Positions 11,880 to 25,505 are shown, counted from the first letter of the stretch. The stretch: DNA of 36,252 bases from Chiloscyllium plagiosum (GCF_004010195.1 NW_025213825.1:1-36252), one strand, 5' to 3'. Translations and numbers: made by a program. The notes: generated by a model not told the origin, from the sequence alone.

Positions 11880-12800
11880 GATGTGTGAAGAGTTTCCTGA
11901 TTGGTCATTGAACCACACTTGGATTATTTCTCTTCAGTTGACTGATTTCAGGCTGAGATTGATCTGCTTCCTTTTGGAACATTGGGTCTTGTGATGTCTA
12001 CATAATATAGTGGTTGAAGTTCATCACGAAATGAAGAACATCTATGATCTGCCCTACAGCTATCAGTCCCTCACATGAATGCAGTGATAAAAACATCATT
12101 AGATCATTGACTTAAAGAATGATATAATCCAAGAGGTGTGAGAGTGTTTTGATCTATGATGCCTCCACATGGGTTTTTTGTAGTATTTCCAGCAGAAGAG
12201 GAGGTTTGTTATTATGAGGCTATGCTGAACTCAATTTTGTTGGCAGAAGAATACCATTTGCATTAGCTTTCCAAATAGTTCCACTGCAGACAGTGGAGTC
12301 ACAGTCAACCCTGGCACTAAAAGCACACTGAAAATTATGTTTTTTTCTAAGATAACAGAAAGAATTTCATCAAGGTCAGAAGTGAACTTCTCTTTAAGAT
12401 CTTGTTCAGAATCAACGGTTGGGATATAACTACAAATGTTGGTAGCACATTGGTTACAGCTGATTTGCAGAAGAAGTGTCCCAAGTCTTTAATTTTCATA
12501 ACTGGGGAGTTTGGATAAAGCATCCTAGATCTTATTCTTGATATCAGAGTAACTGTCTGCCATTTCTTTCAATCAAAAGTTTATCTCCCTGATTATTTTG
12601 TCAGCTGCTTCTCTAAGAGAGATTTCATGGAGGGTGCAATGCCAATTTGGAACTCGAACAGCTCACATACAGTTGCAGTTCCTCTTTTCAGATGCCTTGA
12701 GATTATCCATGAGTGTTCAAATGCTCCAAGTTTCAAAGTTTAAAGCTCTCTTTCTTTGACTACTAAGATGGTGATCTTGCAGGGTGTGGTTCCTGAGCTA
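11880..12800 (-). mobile_element. RTE-clade (BovB-like) LINE, decayed AP-endonuclease region
   Basis: Minus strand LNFETWSI*TLMDN; SYIPTVDSEQDLKEKFTSDLDEILS; FSARV; KANANGILL; WRHHRSKHSHLLDYII; DHR. These are RTE endonuclease motifs (TWNVRTL, YAPT, GDFNARVG, WxHPRSKHWHLIDY, DHR). Confidence 0.82.
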
Positions 12801-12893
12801 GGAGAAAGTGGAACAACATATTTTTAGATCACATTCTATCATTGTCCTCATTTGGGCTGTGCAGGGGACATCCTGAAGAGGCCTGACAAGCTA

Positions 12894-13104
12894 CAGTCAT
12901 AGAACACGATAGCTCTGTTCCATGCGATCCCATGTTATATGAAAATCATATAATTGCAGCACCATTTAAAACGATGGGACCATAATCACGTTATAGCCAA
13001 TACAGGTCAGGAAAGTTCATGTTCTACAAATAATGGTCGAAATTCTTCAATCACATTATCGCCAATTTATGTCGAAGAAACTCGTGTTTTAGCAGAACTG
13101 ACTG
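12894..13104. mobile_element. Tc1/mariner (Tigger-like) MITE, 211 bp
   Basis: TA|CAGTCA...TGACTG|TA. Right TIR reverse complement CAGTCAGTTCTGCTAAAACACGA matches left CAGTCA[-7]TAGAACACGA; TA target duplication. Confidence 0.8.
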
Positions 13105-13127
13105 TACTATGTACAGGTATTGGATGA

Positions 13128-13215
13128 AAGCAAAAGCAAAATACTGTAGATGCTGGAAATCTCAAATAAGAACAAAGTAAAAGCTGGAAAAACTCAGCAG
13201 GTCAGCCAACACCTT
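13128..13215 (-). mobile_element. Penelope-like terminal repeat fragment
   Basis: AAAATACTGTAGATGCTGGAAATCT...GCTGGAAAAACTCAGCAGGTC is the reverse complement of the PLE tails elsewhere in the window. Confidence 0.65.
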
Positions 13216-13310
13216 GCGGAAAGTGTTAGATTCCAACAGATTGAACACCCAGCAGCTGCATGATATCAGTTCAGCACAAACATTGATTCTTTCAGAGCCC
13301 AATCCCAGAC

Positions 13311-13795
13311 AGAGTCATAGTCATAGAGTCATAGATATATACAGCATGGAAACAGACCCTTCAGTCCAACCCGTTCATGCCGACCAGATATCCAAACCCA
13401 ATTTAGTCTCACTTGCCAGCACCCGGCCCATATCCCTCCAAACCCTTTCTATTCATATACCCATCCAAATGCCTCTTAAATGTTGCAATTGTACCAGCCT
13501 CCACCACATCCTCTGGCAGCTCATTCCATACACGTACCACCCTCTGCATGAAAATGTTGCCCCTTAGGTCTCTTTTATATCTTTCCCCTCTCACTCTAAA
13601 CCTATGCCCTCTAGTTCTGGACTCCCCGACCCCAGGGAAAAAACTTTGTCTATTTATCCTATCCATAGCCCTCATAATTTTGTAAACCTTTATAAGATCA
13701 CCCCTCAGCCTCCGACGCTCCAGGGAAAACAGCCCCAGCCTGTTCAGCCTCTCCCTGTAGCTCAGATCCTCCAACCCTGGCACCATCCTTATAAA
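13311..13795 (-). mobile_element. CR1 (HER1-like) young 5'-truncated copy with intact 3' end
   Basis: ORF 13409..13786 is an uninterrupted CR1 RT C-terminus; 3' UTR ends in (CTATGACT)-type short repeats. Confidence 0.95.
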
Positions 13796-16489
13796 GGTAG
13801 GTCAATTTTGACCTAAGATTTCAGGTCAATTGCTTACATGTAGTTGCATTTTGCCTCTGTTAACTTCTCGTATTATATATGCTACTTTCTTTGATATGTA
13901 GCTTTTTATTTAACAGATGATGTTGCCTGTGATTTTTAACCTCCTGAGTGGCTTACAGATGTCTTTATCATTCCAATTCCTTTTCCAGCCCATAGCTTTA
14001 GTTATCACTGCATGCTTTCTGATGAATTTGTTCCCATTTATAGCAGTTCAAATCTTTGGTCACATTAACCCATCTTTCAGACCAATGCTATCTTAGCCAT
14101 TTCCCTGATCCATTTATTTGAGTAGCAATTGATTGTGGCCACTTTTTGAGCACATTCCTGTGGTAAGCAAGCAATACATATCGAAACTGCAAGTCACCAG
14201 AGGCAGCTTGCTAATTTTGCGGCATCTCCAAATCATGCTAATTTTGAGGAGACTAATTTCAACTGCTCACTTTGTTGACACAGGCCCTTTGAAGTATTAT
14301 AAACTGTGAGGACAGGGAAAGAGGAAAGAGTCAGGTTAGTAGAATGCATGCAGGACAGATGAAAATGAGTGCAATGTAAAGCAATATATGTTGGTAGGGA
14401 GACTGGGAAGAAAGGTAGTATAACTTAAAGGGTACAATTCTAATATTAGGAGAGTGGATGTGGGGGTGGGAGATGATTCTTTTGGGTGTGTCCCTGTAGG
14501 AATAATGTAAAGCCAGGAGGAAAAAGACAAGATATTTTCTTCTGGCTGTTAGTTAACTACAGTATCTGCTGAAGAAACATGCTCTGCTCCTCACCCTACA
14601 AATTAGGAGAAACGTTTTACATATTTTAAGGGGCACAATGACTATTTCCAGTGCCCTTGGAGAAGGGGAGTCAGCATCATAAATAGTAGTGCTTTTGGTT
14701 CCATTCTGTCCTGGAAAAGGGATCAAACTTTTCAGTCATTGAGATGGGTATCATCGATTTCAGTCTCAATAATCCTGTTTCAATCAGTTACTGCTTCATT
14801 CCTGTACTGTCCTCTCTGAGACCATAACCACTTCCTTTAATGTTTTGATCAACAAAATGGTTAGTATCATTTCTCGATTTACAATATCTGCCTCTCTGAT
14901 GCGTAAACAACCACAAACCTTATTATCCTTATAAGTTATGCCTTACAGGTAATGTAAAGTTTTATACAAGATTGTCTATCAATGATGAAAAATAGGATCA
15001 CCCATCCACCATCCCTCGCACCCATCTCCCAAATTCCCTTAGTTCCCAGTTTCACCTCAATTTTTAACTTAAGCCATGACTTTTTTCTCCCTCCAGGGCT
15101 ACAGTTAAGGTAAAGGCTCTTGAGTTGCCTGGGTGATACACAGCCCAGTTGAAAATCCTTGCTGGCCAGTATGTGCCAAAATGCCTCAAAAAATAAGAAT
15201 GGATGGAACTCCTTAAGATTTAACAGTTAAATAGAAAATAATGGTAAGGCAAATGCAGATTGAACCGAATATGTTAGAAATATCTCGTTGTTTATTTCTT
15301 TTTTTTGAATGAACTTTTTATTTCTGAAGCATTTGATAGCTGACTTTTTTTTTCATTTTTTATGAATTTGACAGAAAATCAACTGGCAAATGCCAAGCTT
15401 AAATCATGATAGCAACACAAGTTTAGGAAGTAGCATTCAGCATCATTACTGAATAAGATGCAATGGCTCCAAATTGAACTCTCGCATCTGCACTTCAAAC
15501 AATGAACTGCACCCTGACCTCTTTACATTCTTCCTTCTTCTACATCTCATCTCTCTTGCACAACCATGTTCTGTGCAGATCTGTACATTTTTACAATCGC
15601 TCCTTTAAAATCATTCCAATCACATCCTTTACAATGGTGATTCAGAAAACTGAAAAGCAGAAATCAATTGGGGGATAAATCTCAGATCAAAATGCTCATA
15701 ACGTTGAAATTGCTTAGACTGATTGTTAAACCACATATTGCATAGAATTACATAGAAATTACAACATAGAAAATGACTGTTCAACCGAAGCATTCTGCAA
15801 TGTTATTTATTCACTTGCTTAATGTTTTAGGCAGTTCAGGTCAGCATATGAAGAACTGAAAAACTCAAATTTGTAGTCTAATTAAGTATATACTCATGGA
15901 AAATTGTCCAACTCTGCAATTAGCCAAATCTGCAAGATCAATAATTTAGAACTGTTAGTTTCATGAGTGAATCACAAAACCATCCTGAAGTCAGGAAAAA
16001 TATCTGGTTGGCTAGGAAGAGGAAGAAAATTTAGGGAGAAAATTATCACCCTATCAATCATCATATTTAAACAAAATAGGGGGGCAACAAATAAAAAAGG
16101 CTTGGATTTTCATTCTGGGGTCAAGGATATGCCGAGAGAACAACATCTGGATTATGACAGTGCACTTTGTCAGAAACAAATCACTACATAATTTTTATAG
16201 TGTTACAATTATAGGATTTAGAAGATTGTCATGTTTTGGGAATGTGTTGTTCAGTTAAGATAAACACAGGAAATCATTTTACTTGTTCTAAAGCCTGCCT
16301 GACCCCAAAACTAGGTTGTTGATTACTAGAGATCGAAGAGGATCCAGATCGTTTGATTGGAAAGAAGGTGTAAGGTGTTTATGCTTGGAGACAATGGCAG
16401 AAGCCTTTGTGCTAACAGTGGAAATGAGTCTCCAAAGTTGCAAAAAGTTATGAAAATATCAAGCTGTAAAAAAGGTGTGCTCTAACTAG

Positions 16490-16535
16490 ACGAAAGTGAG
16501 GACTGCAAATGCTGGAGATTAGAGTCAAGAGTGTG
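16490..16535 (-). mobile_element. Short Penelope-like tail fragment
   Basis: GAAAGTGAGGACTGCAAATGCTGGAGATTAGAG resembles the recalled PLE tail terminus. Confidence 0.5.
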
Positions 16536-16649
16536 GGAGCATCTGAACTGTCCATTGACTTCTAAGATAAGAGAGATGCGAGGTCTCATGGATAGCTAAT
16601 CACCATTTTTCCTGAATTATTAGCTCATATGATTCAAGTTGCCACGTTA

Positions 16650-17475
16650 TATGGGCCAATGGGCTGAGGAGTGGCAGATGGAATTAATTTAGATAAATGC
16701 AAGGTGCTGCATTTAGAGAAAGCAAATCTTAGCAGGACTTATACACTTAATGGTTAGGTCCTAGGGAGTGTTGCTAACAAAGAGACCTTGGAGTGCAGAT
16801 TCATAGCTCCTTGAAAGTAGAGTCGCAGGTGGATAGGATAGTGAAGAAGGTGTTTGGTATGCTTTCCTTTATTGGTCACAGTGTTTAGTCCAGGAGTTGG
16901 AAAGTCATGTTGCAGCTGTACAGGACATTGGTTAAGTCATTTTTGGAATATTGCATGCAGTTCTGGTCTCCTTCCTATCGGAAGGATGTTGTGAAATTTG
17001 AAAGGGTTCAGAAAAAATTTAAAATTATGTTGCCAGGGTTGGAGGATTGAGCTATAAGGAAAAGTTGAATAGACTGGGGCTGTTTTCCCTGGAGCATTGA
17101 AGGCTGAGGCATGACATTTTAGAGGTTTACAAAATCATGAGGGGCATGGATAGGATAAATAGATAAAGTCTTTTCCCTGGGGTGAGAGAGTTCAGAACTA
17201 GATTTAGGGTAAGGAGGAAAGAAAGGGACGTAAGGGGCAACTTTTACACGCAGAGGGTGGTGCGTGTATGGAATGAGCTGCCAGAGGAAGTGGTGGAGGC
17301 TGGTACAATTGCAACATTTAAAAGACACCTGGATTAGGTATATGAATAGGAAGGGTTTAGAGGGATATGGGCCAAGTACTGGCAAATGGGACTAGATTAG
17401 ATTGGGATAGCTGCTCGGCATGGACGGGTTGGACCGAAGAGTCTGTTTCCGTGCTGGACATCTCTATGATTCCAG
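16650..17475 (+). mobile_element. CR1 (HER1-like) 5'-truncated copy with 3' end
   Basis: WAEEWQME...CKVLH...; YRTLVK..LEYCMQFWSPSYRKDVVKFERVQKKF; RVVRVWNELPEEVVEAG; 3' UTR GGACCGAAGAGTCTGTTTCC. Confidence 0.95.
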
Positions 17476-18171
17476 ATAGAAACTGTTCTCTGTTCTCCTC
17501 TGCAAGCCTAGGATATTCTTCAAAACTCAGAGACTGAGCTAACCTGTCAGGAACTGGGAGAGAGAGCGCAGCTAGATGTTGAAACTTTGCGGTTCACCAT
17601 TGCAGGGATGTGGGTGACAGCTTGTGTTCAAATTGGAAGGACCACACTCAAATGGAATTAAAATGAGGTTATAAGATTTGCTTAGCATGAGCTCAATAAA
17701 TGTAAAACTAGAAAGAGGGAAAAGTTATTCATTATTGTTTAAATTATAAGTTGTCTATATAAATGGTATTCAGTCAATAGTGTTATTAGTCTTGAGTTAC
17801 ACTAAAAGTCTTAAAACATGACATCTCGTGTTATCCTTTTAGCTATTAAATCTTTCTGGCATACTGGTCCTCCTGCATTGGCCATTAACATTTTCAGTCA
17901 GCATGAGGCAGAAACTTTGTGGACAGCTGCCATTCCATTCCTGACAGGGTCTGCTTGAAAATGGCTCAATGGTGGATGTTGCTCTCCAATTAGCACATCA
18001 ATAAATGACAAGGTATTCCAGGCCTGCCCAACTCCAGTCCTGCCCCTGCTCGCCTTCAAAATGTTCAACCCAGAATGCCAGGTCATAGCGCCAAATCATT
18101 TGAACTATTTCCTTTAATTCCAATCAGTAGGTCACACAGATTAAATTTGAAACAATGCTTTCCTTCAGATA

Positions 18172-18520
18172 GAACAGGTTGCATTTCCTAATGACTTCCG
18201 TGGGGTATTCCAAAGTGCTTCACACTCAATTAATTATTTGTCATACTTACTTCTTGTGCCTATATTAGCAAATGCAGAGGTTAATTTATACACAATATCA
18301 AACAAACAGCAGACATGTTGACAGACAAGTCATTCTGTTTCTTTCATAGTACTATTCATGTTCAAGTATTACCCTTAAATTCTTTATATTCACCTAAACA
18401 ATAGCTCCTTGTAAATTTCACTGAAGAGACAGCATCTCTTACAGTACTCCCATTATACTACATTGCAACGTTAGACTAAATTATGACAATTTTCTGGATG
18501 GAAATTTGTGTCAGAGATAC
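18172..18520 (-). mobile_element. Old DeuSINE (SacSINE1-like)
   Basis: Collinear similarity to the recalled SacSINE1 consensus (TTGCATTT...CCAAAGTGCTTCACA...ACAAACAGCA...TCTTTATATTCACCT...GACAGCATCTC...ACTCCC); highly diverged. Confidence 0.55.
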
Positions 18521-20119
18521 TGTGAAACTGGTGGTGTCAGATCAAATGCCTGTTATCCATAGCACCTGATATTTAACTGCAGACACTGCAATTAAATGGA
18601 ATATCAGGCACTGAGCCTAACTGGCAGATGATCTGGCACTGCCCAATTTGTGCCATCACCCACAAAACTCTTCTCCTAAAAGTTAAAAAGCATCAACATT
18701 GCAATAAAGTTGCAGGTACTTTGCTTTATAAACCTCCTGGGTTGAAGTAAGATAATACAAGAAACAAAATAGTATACAAACTAAAGGAAAACTGTAACTC
18801 ACACAACTATTCAGTCGATGAGTGTACCCATCCATCCAAGTCACTAACCTCCAGTGATTGTACTTACTTTGAATTGTTCCAACTACAATGTATCAATCCA
18901 GGCTTTCAGTAAACAGCAGCACATGACACCTCAGTATACAGGCTGTCTGCAGCTAGCAAAAACACTATTCACTGGGAAAATGTGGTTGATATATAATAAG
19001 CTGTTCGAAAAAATGAGTTTCGTAGTTCCTCAAATGTCTGCCATTACATCAACCGTTTTTTTAAGCAAACACAAAATATATAGAGACATCACCACACCCC
19101 GTAACAAAAGAAGATCTAGCTACTTTATTTCACTTTCAGAAGGGAAGGGTGGTTCTCCAAGTGTCAGTTTGTAAATACCTCAATCACTATGCATGTACTC
19201 CCTCTCCATCTAAGTACGAAGCTGCCCTGATAAAGGAGTTCAAGCCTGGGCCAGTGTTTAGCAGGGTTCTGCCCCTTTCTCACTAAAAATAGTCCTCTGC
19301 AACTTATAAACAGTTTTATTGTGATACTGTTCAATGATCTGAAAGTGTTGGAGGCTGTGAAATTAAGATAACTTTATCTTCCGGGACATCAGTGCCTCAA
19401 ATTAGATATTTTCTACTACTGAACCCTTCATACTAGCTGGTACAAAAACTTACTCAAGAATAAACCACGTTCTAGTGTTGGTTGTCTCCCCACATTGCCC
19501 CCACACTGACCCCTGTCTATGAATGCAGAATATACTGTAAGTGCAGAAACAAGGAGGCAGAACTTTTACCTCAACAAGTTGAAGCTAGGGTTCATGTAAA
19601 ACACAGCTCCATGTTTCAGTCTACAACTGTAAATGATGGAAGTTTGACTTTGAACAGATGAGAGGTCTCAATTTTTTGCTGCTGTGCAGTACAATACCTT
19701 TGCGCGTGGGCTTTCTTGTTTTCGTTTGATTTTGAGCTCTCACAAATTTCATGCTTGTGGTTTAATTTTTACTTCGAATATTGTTCTGTAAAAAATCATG
19801 CAACTCATTTATAGGTTTTGAAACTCAAATGCCCCAGATGTGACAGATAGGACAGCTGCTTTAAACACAAGCAATTTCCAAAACATCACAGTACAAGGAA
19901 ACATACTTAAATAATCCACAGTCGCCTTTCTCCAAGATGCCCCAATGTCTTTCAGAACAATGTACTTGCCAGGATTGGAAAAAACACTGATTTGCTGGGC
20001 TAGTGGCAAAAATTAGAGACTTTGCTCTCTTTCATGCTCATTCATAAAACCTATCAATTGAAAATGTATCTCCCTGTTGATATGTTTTGTATTGTTGGGG
20101 GGGGGATTTGCCTCATTGA

Positions 20120-20970
20120 TTAAGCAATTTCACATGTACATTACATTTCTAAAATGTGCTTTTACCTATTCTCATCTAAGTTTGAATTTGTACCTCCTTG
20201 TACTAGAGGGTTAATATCAAACATCTTTCTGGAGATCAATTTATTAGCACCCTACAATATCTTGAGATCCATAATAATATCACAGTATCATTTCCTCTAT
20301 TCAAACATCACCAGTGTTTATAGTCCTTCCTTCTAGAACAGGCTTAATTCTATTTATTAACTTACTTCTCAAAATTTGTATCTACTCCAACGACACCGTG
20401 CTGTCTTCCCCTCACTATCCCACCATTCCAAACCCACGAAATTGTTCTATGTTCAGAATTTGATAGTCGCTATGGTTGCAAACAAATACTTTCTTGAAAC
20501 TATCACTTCCTGAATGTGGGGTGGGGGGCAGGGAACTGCTCTTTTGCACGAGCTGACTCACTGTCATTTCCTACTTGCCTTTTCATCACATCTTCACATT
20601 GTGTGGTCAGTTTAAGGATGCATTCACAAAATTTTTAGAATCTTCTCCCATATCATTTCCTGACAATTGTCCACATTTAAAAGATCCTTTCATTTCCTTC
20701 CATTTTTCAAACTAATGTTGCCTTTTTTGTACTAAACATTTCCCATTCTTATGCCAATCACCCAGGTGGTCATGTGTGTTTATGATTACTTAGTTTATAA
20801 ATTGGAATTACCACACATGCAGAGCTTGGTTACCAGCTTTTTTTATAAATCATTAAAATTTGATATCACAAAACTGGCCTAGAACCAACCCCTCTGATAC
20901 CCTGTTAGTCAGCTGTTTAAAATGGTTGCTTCCTTAACAACAAACCTTTCCATCCTCTGATTCATTCAGT
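20120..20970 (-). mobile_element. Ancient CR1 RT fragment
   Basis: Minus strand RVSEGLVLGQF (~20872-20905; cf. GVPQGSVLGP) and DII..LKIL.G...TRRYKFKL (~20175-20305). Confidence 0.6.
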
Positions 20971-20989
20971 AAGTGAATCAGCTCAAAAA

Positions 20990-21355
20990 TCTCCCCCATT
21001 CTCCCTGTAATTTTTCAAAGACACTCAGTATAGATTTAAAAATGCTTATCTTGTTCTTGAATCCCTCCATGTTCCCACGCTTCATCTCTAAAACCTCCTC
21101 AACCCAAGATATGTGCATTCTTAGGCTTTTCAGCATCCCTGATGCCAAGGCTCAAATTCTGTAATTCTCTCCCTAAACATTTCCACTTCCTTAGTCTGTT
21201 TCCTTCTTTAAGATGGTCCTTAAAATGTGCCTTTTTAACCAATTGTTTGCTCATTCCGATGCTGAAAATTATTAAATTTGCTTTGATTATGCCTTTGAAA
21301 TGTAACTTGAGAATGTTACTACTTCACAAATGCTATGTAAATGCTAGTTGTGGTG
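20990..21355 (+). mobile_element. L2 LINE 3' end
   Basis: HSP...IDLKMLIL resembles LHWLPV..RIDFKILIL; tail GCTATGTAAATGCTAGTTGTGGTG matches the L2-type 3' end. Confidence 0.65.
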
Positions 21356-21479
21356 TGAAAATCTACTGAGTCTTCCTTTGTTAATTGTCTTTAATTCTGT
21401 GAAATGGACATTAATTGGAATTTCACTTAAGCTGATGTAACAATACCTTTAACATCAAGGATTTGGTAGGGAGAGTACT

Positions 21480-21900
21480 GCATACAGCAAACTCACGCAA
21501 TAGGCAATCAAGATGTTTCACTGACGCCTAGGATGCACGTATTTTCAGTGCCTTGGAGGAGTCAGTGTTCTGCAGGTACACTGAGTGCGCTAGACTACAG
21601 CTCCAGTTTCACTTGGAGGGGGTTGATCCTTGATTTTGGTTGCACTTCAGCCTCGCTCTATGGTCTTTGGCCACCCTGTTCAGAAAGATGTGAGTAGGTC
21701 AGAGGGCATCCTCATGGGTCTGCTCTTGGGCGTGACTATTATGGCCTTAAACAAGGCCCCGGCAAGGGGCATAGTTGGGGAGCGTTATAACCGTGATTAC
21801 CTTGCGGCCTTCTAAATTCAGTGGATATCACAGGGGTTGGAGTGCATTATTTCCACCTGAACCATTTTAATTTGTTTTTAAATTTGCTTTCACATTTGAC
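21480..21900 (+). mobile_element. Tx1/L1-clade LINE 3' fragment
   Basis: Decayed Cys/His knuckle (EESVF..Y.ECARL), then FWLHFS..VFGHPV...RSEGILMGLLLG (ORF 21630) as in recalled shark Tx1-like elements. Confidence 0.6.
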
Positions 21901-23204
21901 TTTTTGTTTCATTACCTTTTTAAGGACTGTTCATCATTTAATTTGGCTTAAGTTGATTTAGTGGTCTTGAGATAATGCTTACCATAAAAGCAAAATAAGA
22001 TACTTACTGAAACTATATACAAGTGGGTTAGGATATATATGAACTTGTAACTTTGTAAATGGATGTAAGACTGAGTAAAGATGATTCTAATAGATCGCAA
22101 AGGTGTTCTATCTTCACAATATTTTTTGAGAACTCCTGGAGCTTTGATAAACAATATCTACCACCTATGAAGCCATCATGATGATTTTGTAACATTCCAT
22201 ATTACCCATGAACCTCATTATGTCCTTTTGAATATGTTGTTCCCTGGATTTCTCTTCAGCTTCTTTCGGCCTCCTTATATATTTTGCATGCAGTGATCCC
22301 ACAAAATAATTCAGTTCATTTATCACTTACATTCATTTTCCATTATTATGAGGTATGTGAAGGGTGGACCATTATTGTCTTTTGCCTCCTCAGACTATAG
22401 ATATCTCTCTTCTGTACTGTATCTCTCATTTTATCCTTGTGACTTGTAAATTGTGACACTGTATGAGAAACACACTATCACGCTCATCTTTAGACACTGA
22501 CAGGAAAAGTAAAGATCCAGATGAGATTGAGAAACTGTAAGAAAGATGGTAGCTAAAGACTCAACACAGAGGCTTTAAAGTTGGATGGAGTCCAAACAAA
22601 GATTATCTATATTGAATCTACGCCTGTTGCTTCCATTGCAAACAGCGCACAAAATATGTTAAAATGTCACTGAGAGAGTGCATCCTGCAACAGAAGACCT
22701 TGTGTTAAGCTTGTGTTAATCTAGCACCGCTAAACCCAACCATATATAGCTGCAGTAAGCATCTTATTATGCTCTTATGGTAAGCATTTAAAATGAGAAA
22801 TGTGTGCAGCTGGAGCAGGTATTGGAACTGGTTGCAGACAGGAGTGTCAACAAGATAAACACTGATGTATGATGCAAAAAGGCAGAAGTTGTAATCTAAT
22901 CTTCTTGTACACCTTGCTCAGTGCCTTAGCGGAGGAAGTGGGCAAAAGGAGAGTGTCACAAGAGGAGACTTCATCACATTATATGACCTATTTACTATCA
23001 TCACATTCTATTAGGATAGGGATATTCAGGGCCTTCTTCCCCTAGTGAAATAGAGAAGAAACATCTGTTAGTCTTGTGAGAAGTCTTGATAACAACTAGA
23101 TAAAAATTCCATTGAGATGACAAACATCATTGCAGAGAAAAATACTGAGACAGTAGATCTGACTCGCTTAAGATCCTGAGCTCACATCGAACCTCTATGA
23201 CATT

Positions 23205-23402
23205 ATCAAAGTGGGCTGTGCTTCAGGCACTCTTTAATATTAATGCTTACAACCTTCTCAATCGACAGGAGGCAGAAGGTTCTCCACACAATCTCCGAGA
23301 AAGCAGTTAGAGCCTTATCAACTGGCAGGAATCTAGCCTCATGCAATTGTACACAGTGCAGTAAGCTTCTCAATGGCCTCACATAAATGGCCAAGATCAG
23401 TG
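23205..23402 (+). mobile_element. Possible PIF/Harbinger Myb/SANT-like ORF relic
   Basis: RNLASCNCTQCSKLLNGLT*MAK resembles RTWxQCRKKFNDLTRxAK of Harbinger Myb/SANT proteins. Confidence 0.4.
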
Positions 23403-23595
23403 AATTGATCTTTAAAATGCCATATTACATCAATGCACATTGCCTCGATCATGCTTCTATCAACAACTTGTCACTCAAAGATGAAAAAAGTTATTGAAGT
23501 GCTTCAGTCCATTTGGGATAGGTACAACCATGATCCACAATTAGGGAGGGTATTCCAAGGTGTCAATCAAGAAATAGCAAAGAAACTGTGACTCA

Positions 23596-25505
23596 AAGTA
23601 ATGTCATGTTTGTATTATTGATGGACTAGAAATCCAGTAACCCAACTAATGTTCTGAGGACTCCAGTTTGAATTTCAACATGGCAGATATAGAATTTGAA
23701 TTTTAAAACTGTATGTTATATGAAATATATGTGAAAACAGCAACTACATAAGAGTTTGATTGGGATTTTTAAAAATGCTCTTGTTCACTATTGTCCTTTG
23801 TGGAAGGAAATCTGCGGTCCTTATCTGGACTGGGGTAGACACAAATCGAGATCCAGAGCAATCCAGTTAACTCTAAGTTAGCCAAGCAAGCCACACTTGA
23901 AAATTCTTATTGTTTAGATAAAACAAAGGAATGAAAGCAAGTGGACCACCTGGGCATTAGAAACAACAGTGGAAAATACAAACTTAACAATTCTGCACAA
24001 GTTTTTAAACCAATCTCTGGGGGCTAGTGCCAAAATTGGGAGAATTGGTAGGACAAACCGAACAGAAGTGCATGGTACATTGGTATACAAAACAGGAGGG
24101 TGATGCCATGATAGTCCTCAACATTGACTCTGGACCTTATGAAGTCTCACGGCATCAAGTCAAACATGGCCAAGAAAACCTCCCACTGTTTATTATACAC
24201 TGTCCACAAACACCCAGTTCAGCAGATGAATTCGTTTCCAGTCATGTTGAGCAACAGTGGAAGGAAATATAGTGATTGAGGGACAGAATCAATGCTGGGT
24301 GGGGTACTTCAATGGCCAACTCAAAGACCGGCTCAGCTTTTCAACTACTGACTGAGTCCTTTGAGTCCTAAAGGACATAACAGTTTGATTGTATCTGCAG
24401 CAGCTGGCGAAGAAACTAATAAATGGGGGAAAATATATTTGACCTCATCCTCACAAATCTCTCTGCTGCATATGCATTTGTTCATGAAAGCACTATTAGC
24501 AATGACCATCATGTACTCTTTCTGGAGACAAATTGTTTATATTAAGGATACCTCCATTGTGTCTTGTAACACCACATCGTGCTGAATCACATCGATAAAA
24601 AGCAGATCAAGCAATTCCAGACTGGACATTTAAGGAAGTGCAGTGGGCCCTTTGCAGCAGCAGAATTGGAATGAAACATAATGTGTAACTTCCTGGCCCA
24701 GCATATCTCCAGTTCTGCCATTACCATCAAGTCAGAGGATCAGTTGTAGCCCACAGAAGAGTGGAATACTTGAAAATTAAGCTTCAATCCAGTGTCTTGG
24801 AATGACAACACAGAACTACATGTAAACAGCATTAGCTATGTGAGTTTGATAGGACTAAGAGATTCTACAACAACAGATCAGATCTAAACTCCGGTGTCCT
24901 GCTACATCCATTTGTGAACAATAGTGAACAATTGAAACAACAACTCACTGGAGCAGGAGATTCCACAAATATCCCAATCTCCAACGATGGGGGAGCCAAA
25001 CACATCAGTGCAAAGCTAAGGTTGAAATATTTGCAACAATCTTCAGTGAAATGTGCTAAGTGGATGACTTTGGCCTCCTCGGAAATGTCCTACCAGTGTT
25101 AGCCAGTCGTCAGCCAATTCAGTTCACTCCATGTGATATCAAGAAATGGCTGAAGACACTGGATATTGTAAAGGCTATGGGCCTTTACAACATTTCAAAA
25201 ACAATTCTGACAACCTGGTCCAGAACTAGCTTTGCCACAAGAAAAGTAGTTCCAGAACAGCTACGTCACCAGCCTCTACCCACAATGAGAAAATTGATTA
25301 GGTATGCCCTATACTCAAAACAATAGCACAAATCCAACCCAGCCAATTATCACTACATCAGTCTGCTCTTGATCAGCAGGAAAATGATGGAAGAGATCAT
25401 GAACAGTGTTATCAAGCACTAGCGACTTGGCAATACCTGCTCACATTGGATTCCAACAGGACCTCTCCACTCTTGACCTCATCACAGCCTTGGTTCAAAT
25501 ATAGG
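23596..25505 (+). mobile_element. LINE (CR1/Jockey-group endonuclease-RT) with tRNA-like SINE head, 3'-truncated
   Basis: First ~280 bp align with the SINE at 27286-27637. Then TNLWGLVPKLGEL (endonuclease start), G.FNGQ, NDH, IKKWLKTLDIVKAMG, NPANYHYISLL, GFQQDLSTLDLITALVQ. Confidence 0.8.

Noticed and set aside
20930..20970. Perfect U12 branch-point motif TTCCTTAAC as acceptor of the DDX54 minor intron
   Set aside because: The next AG is ~30 nt away, the downstream sequence does not encode the expected YxxWK exon, and the motif lies inside an ancient CR1 fragment.
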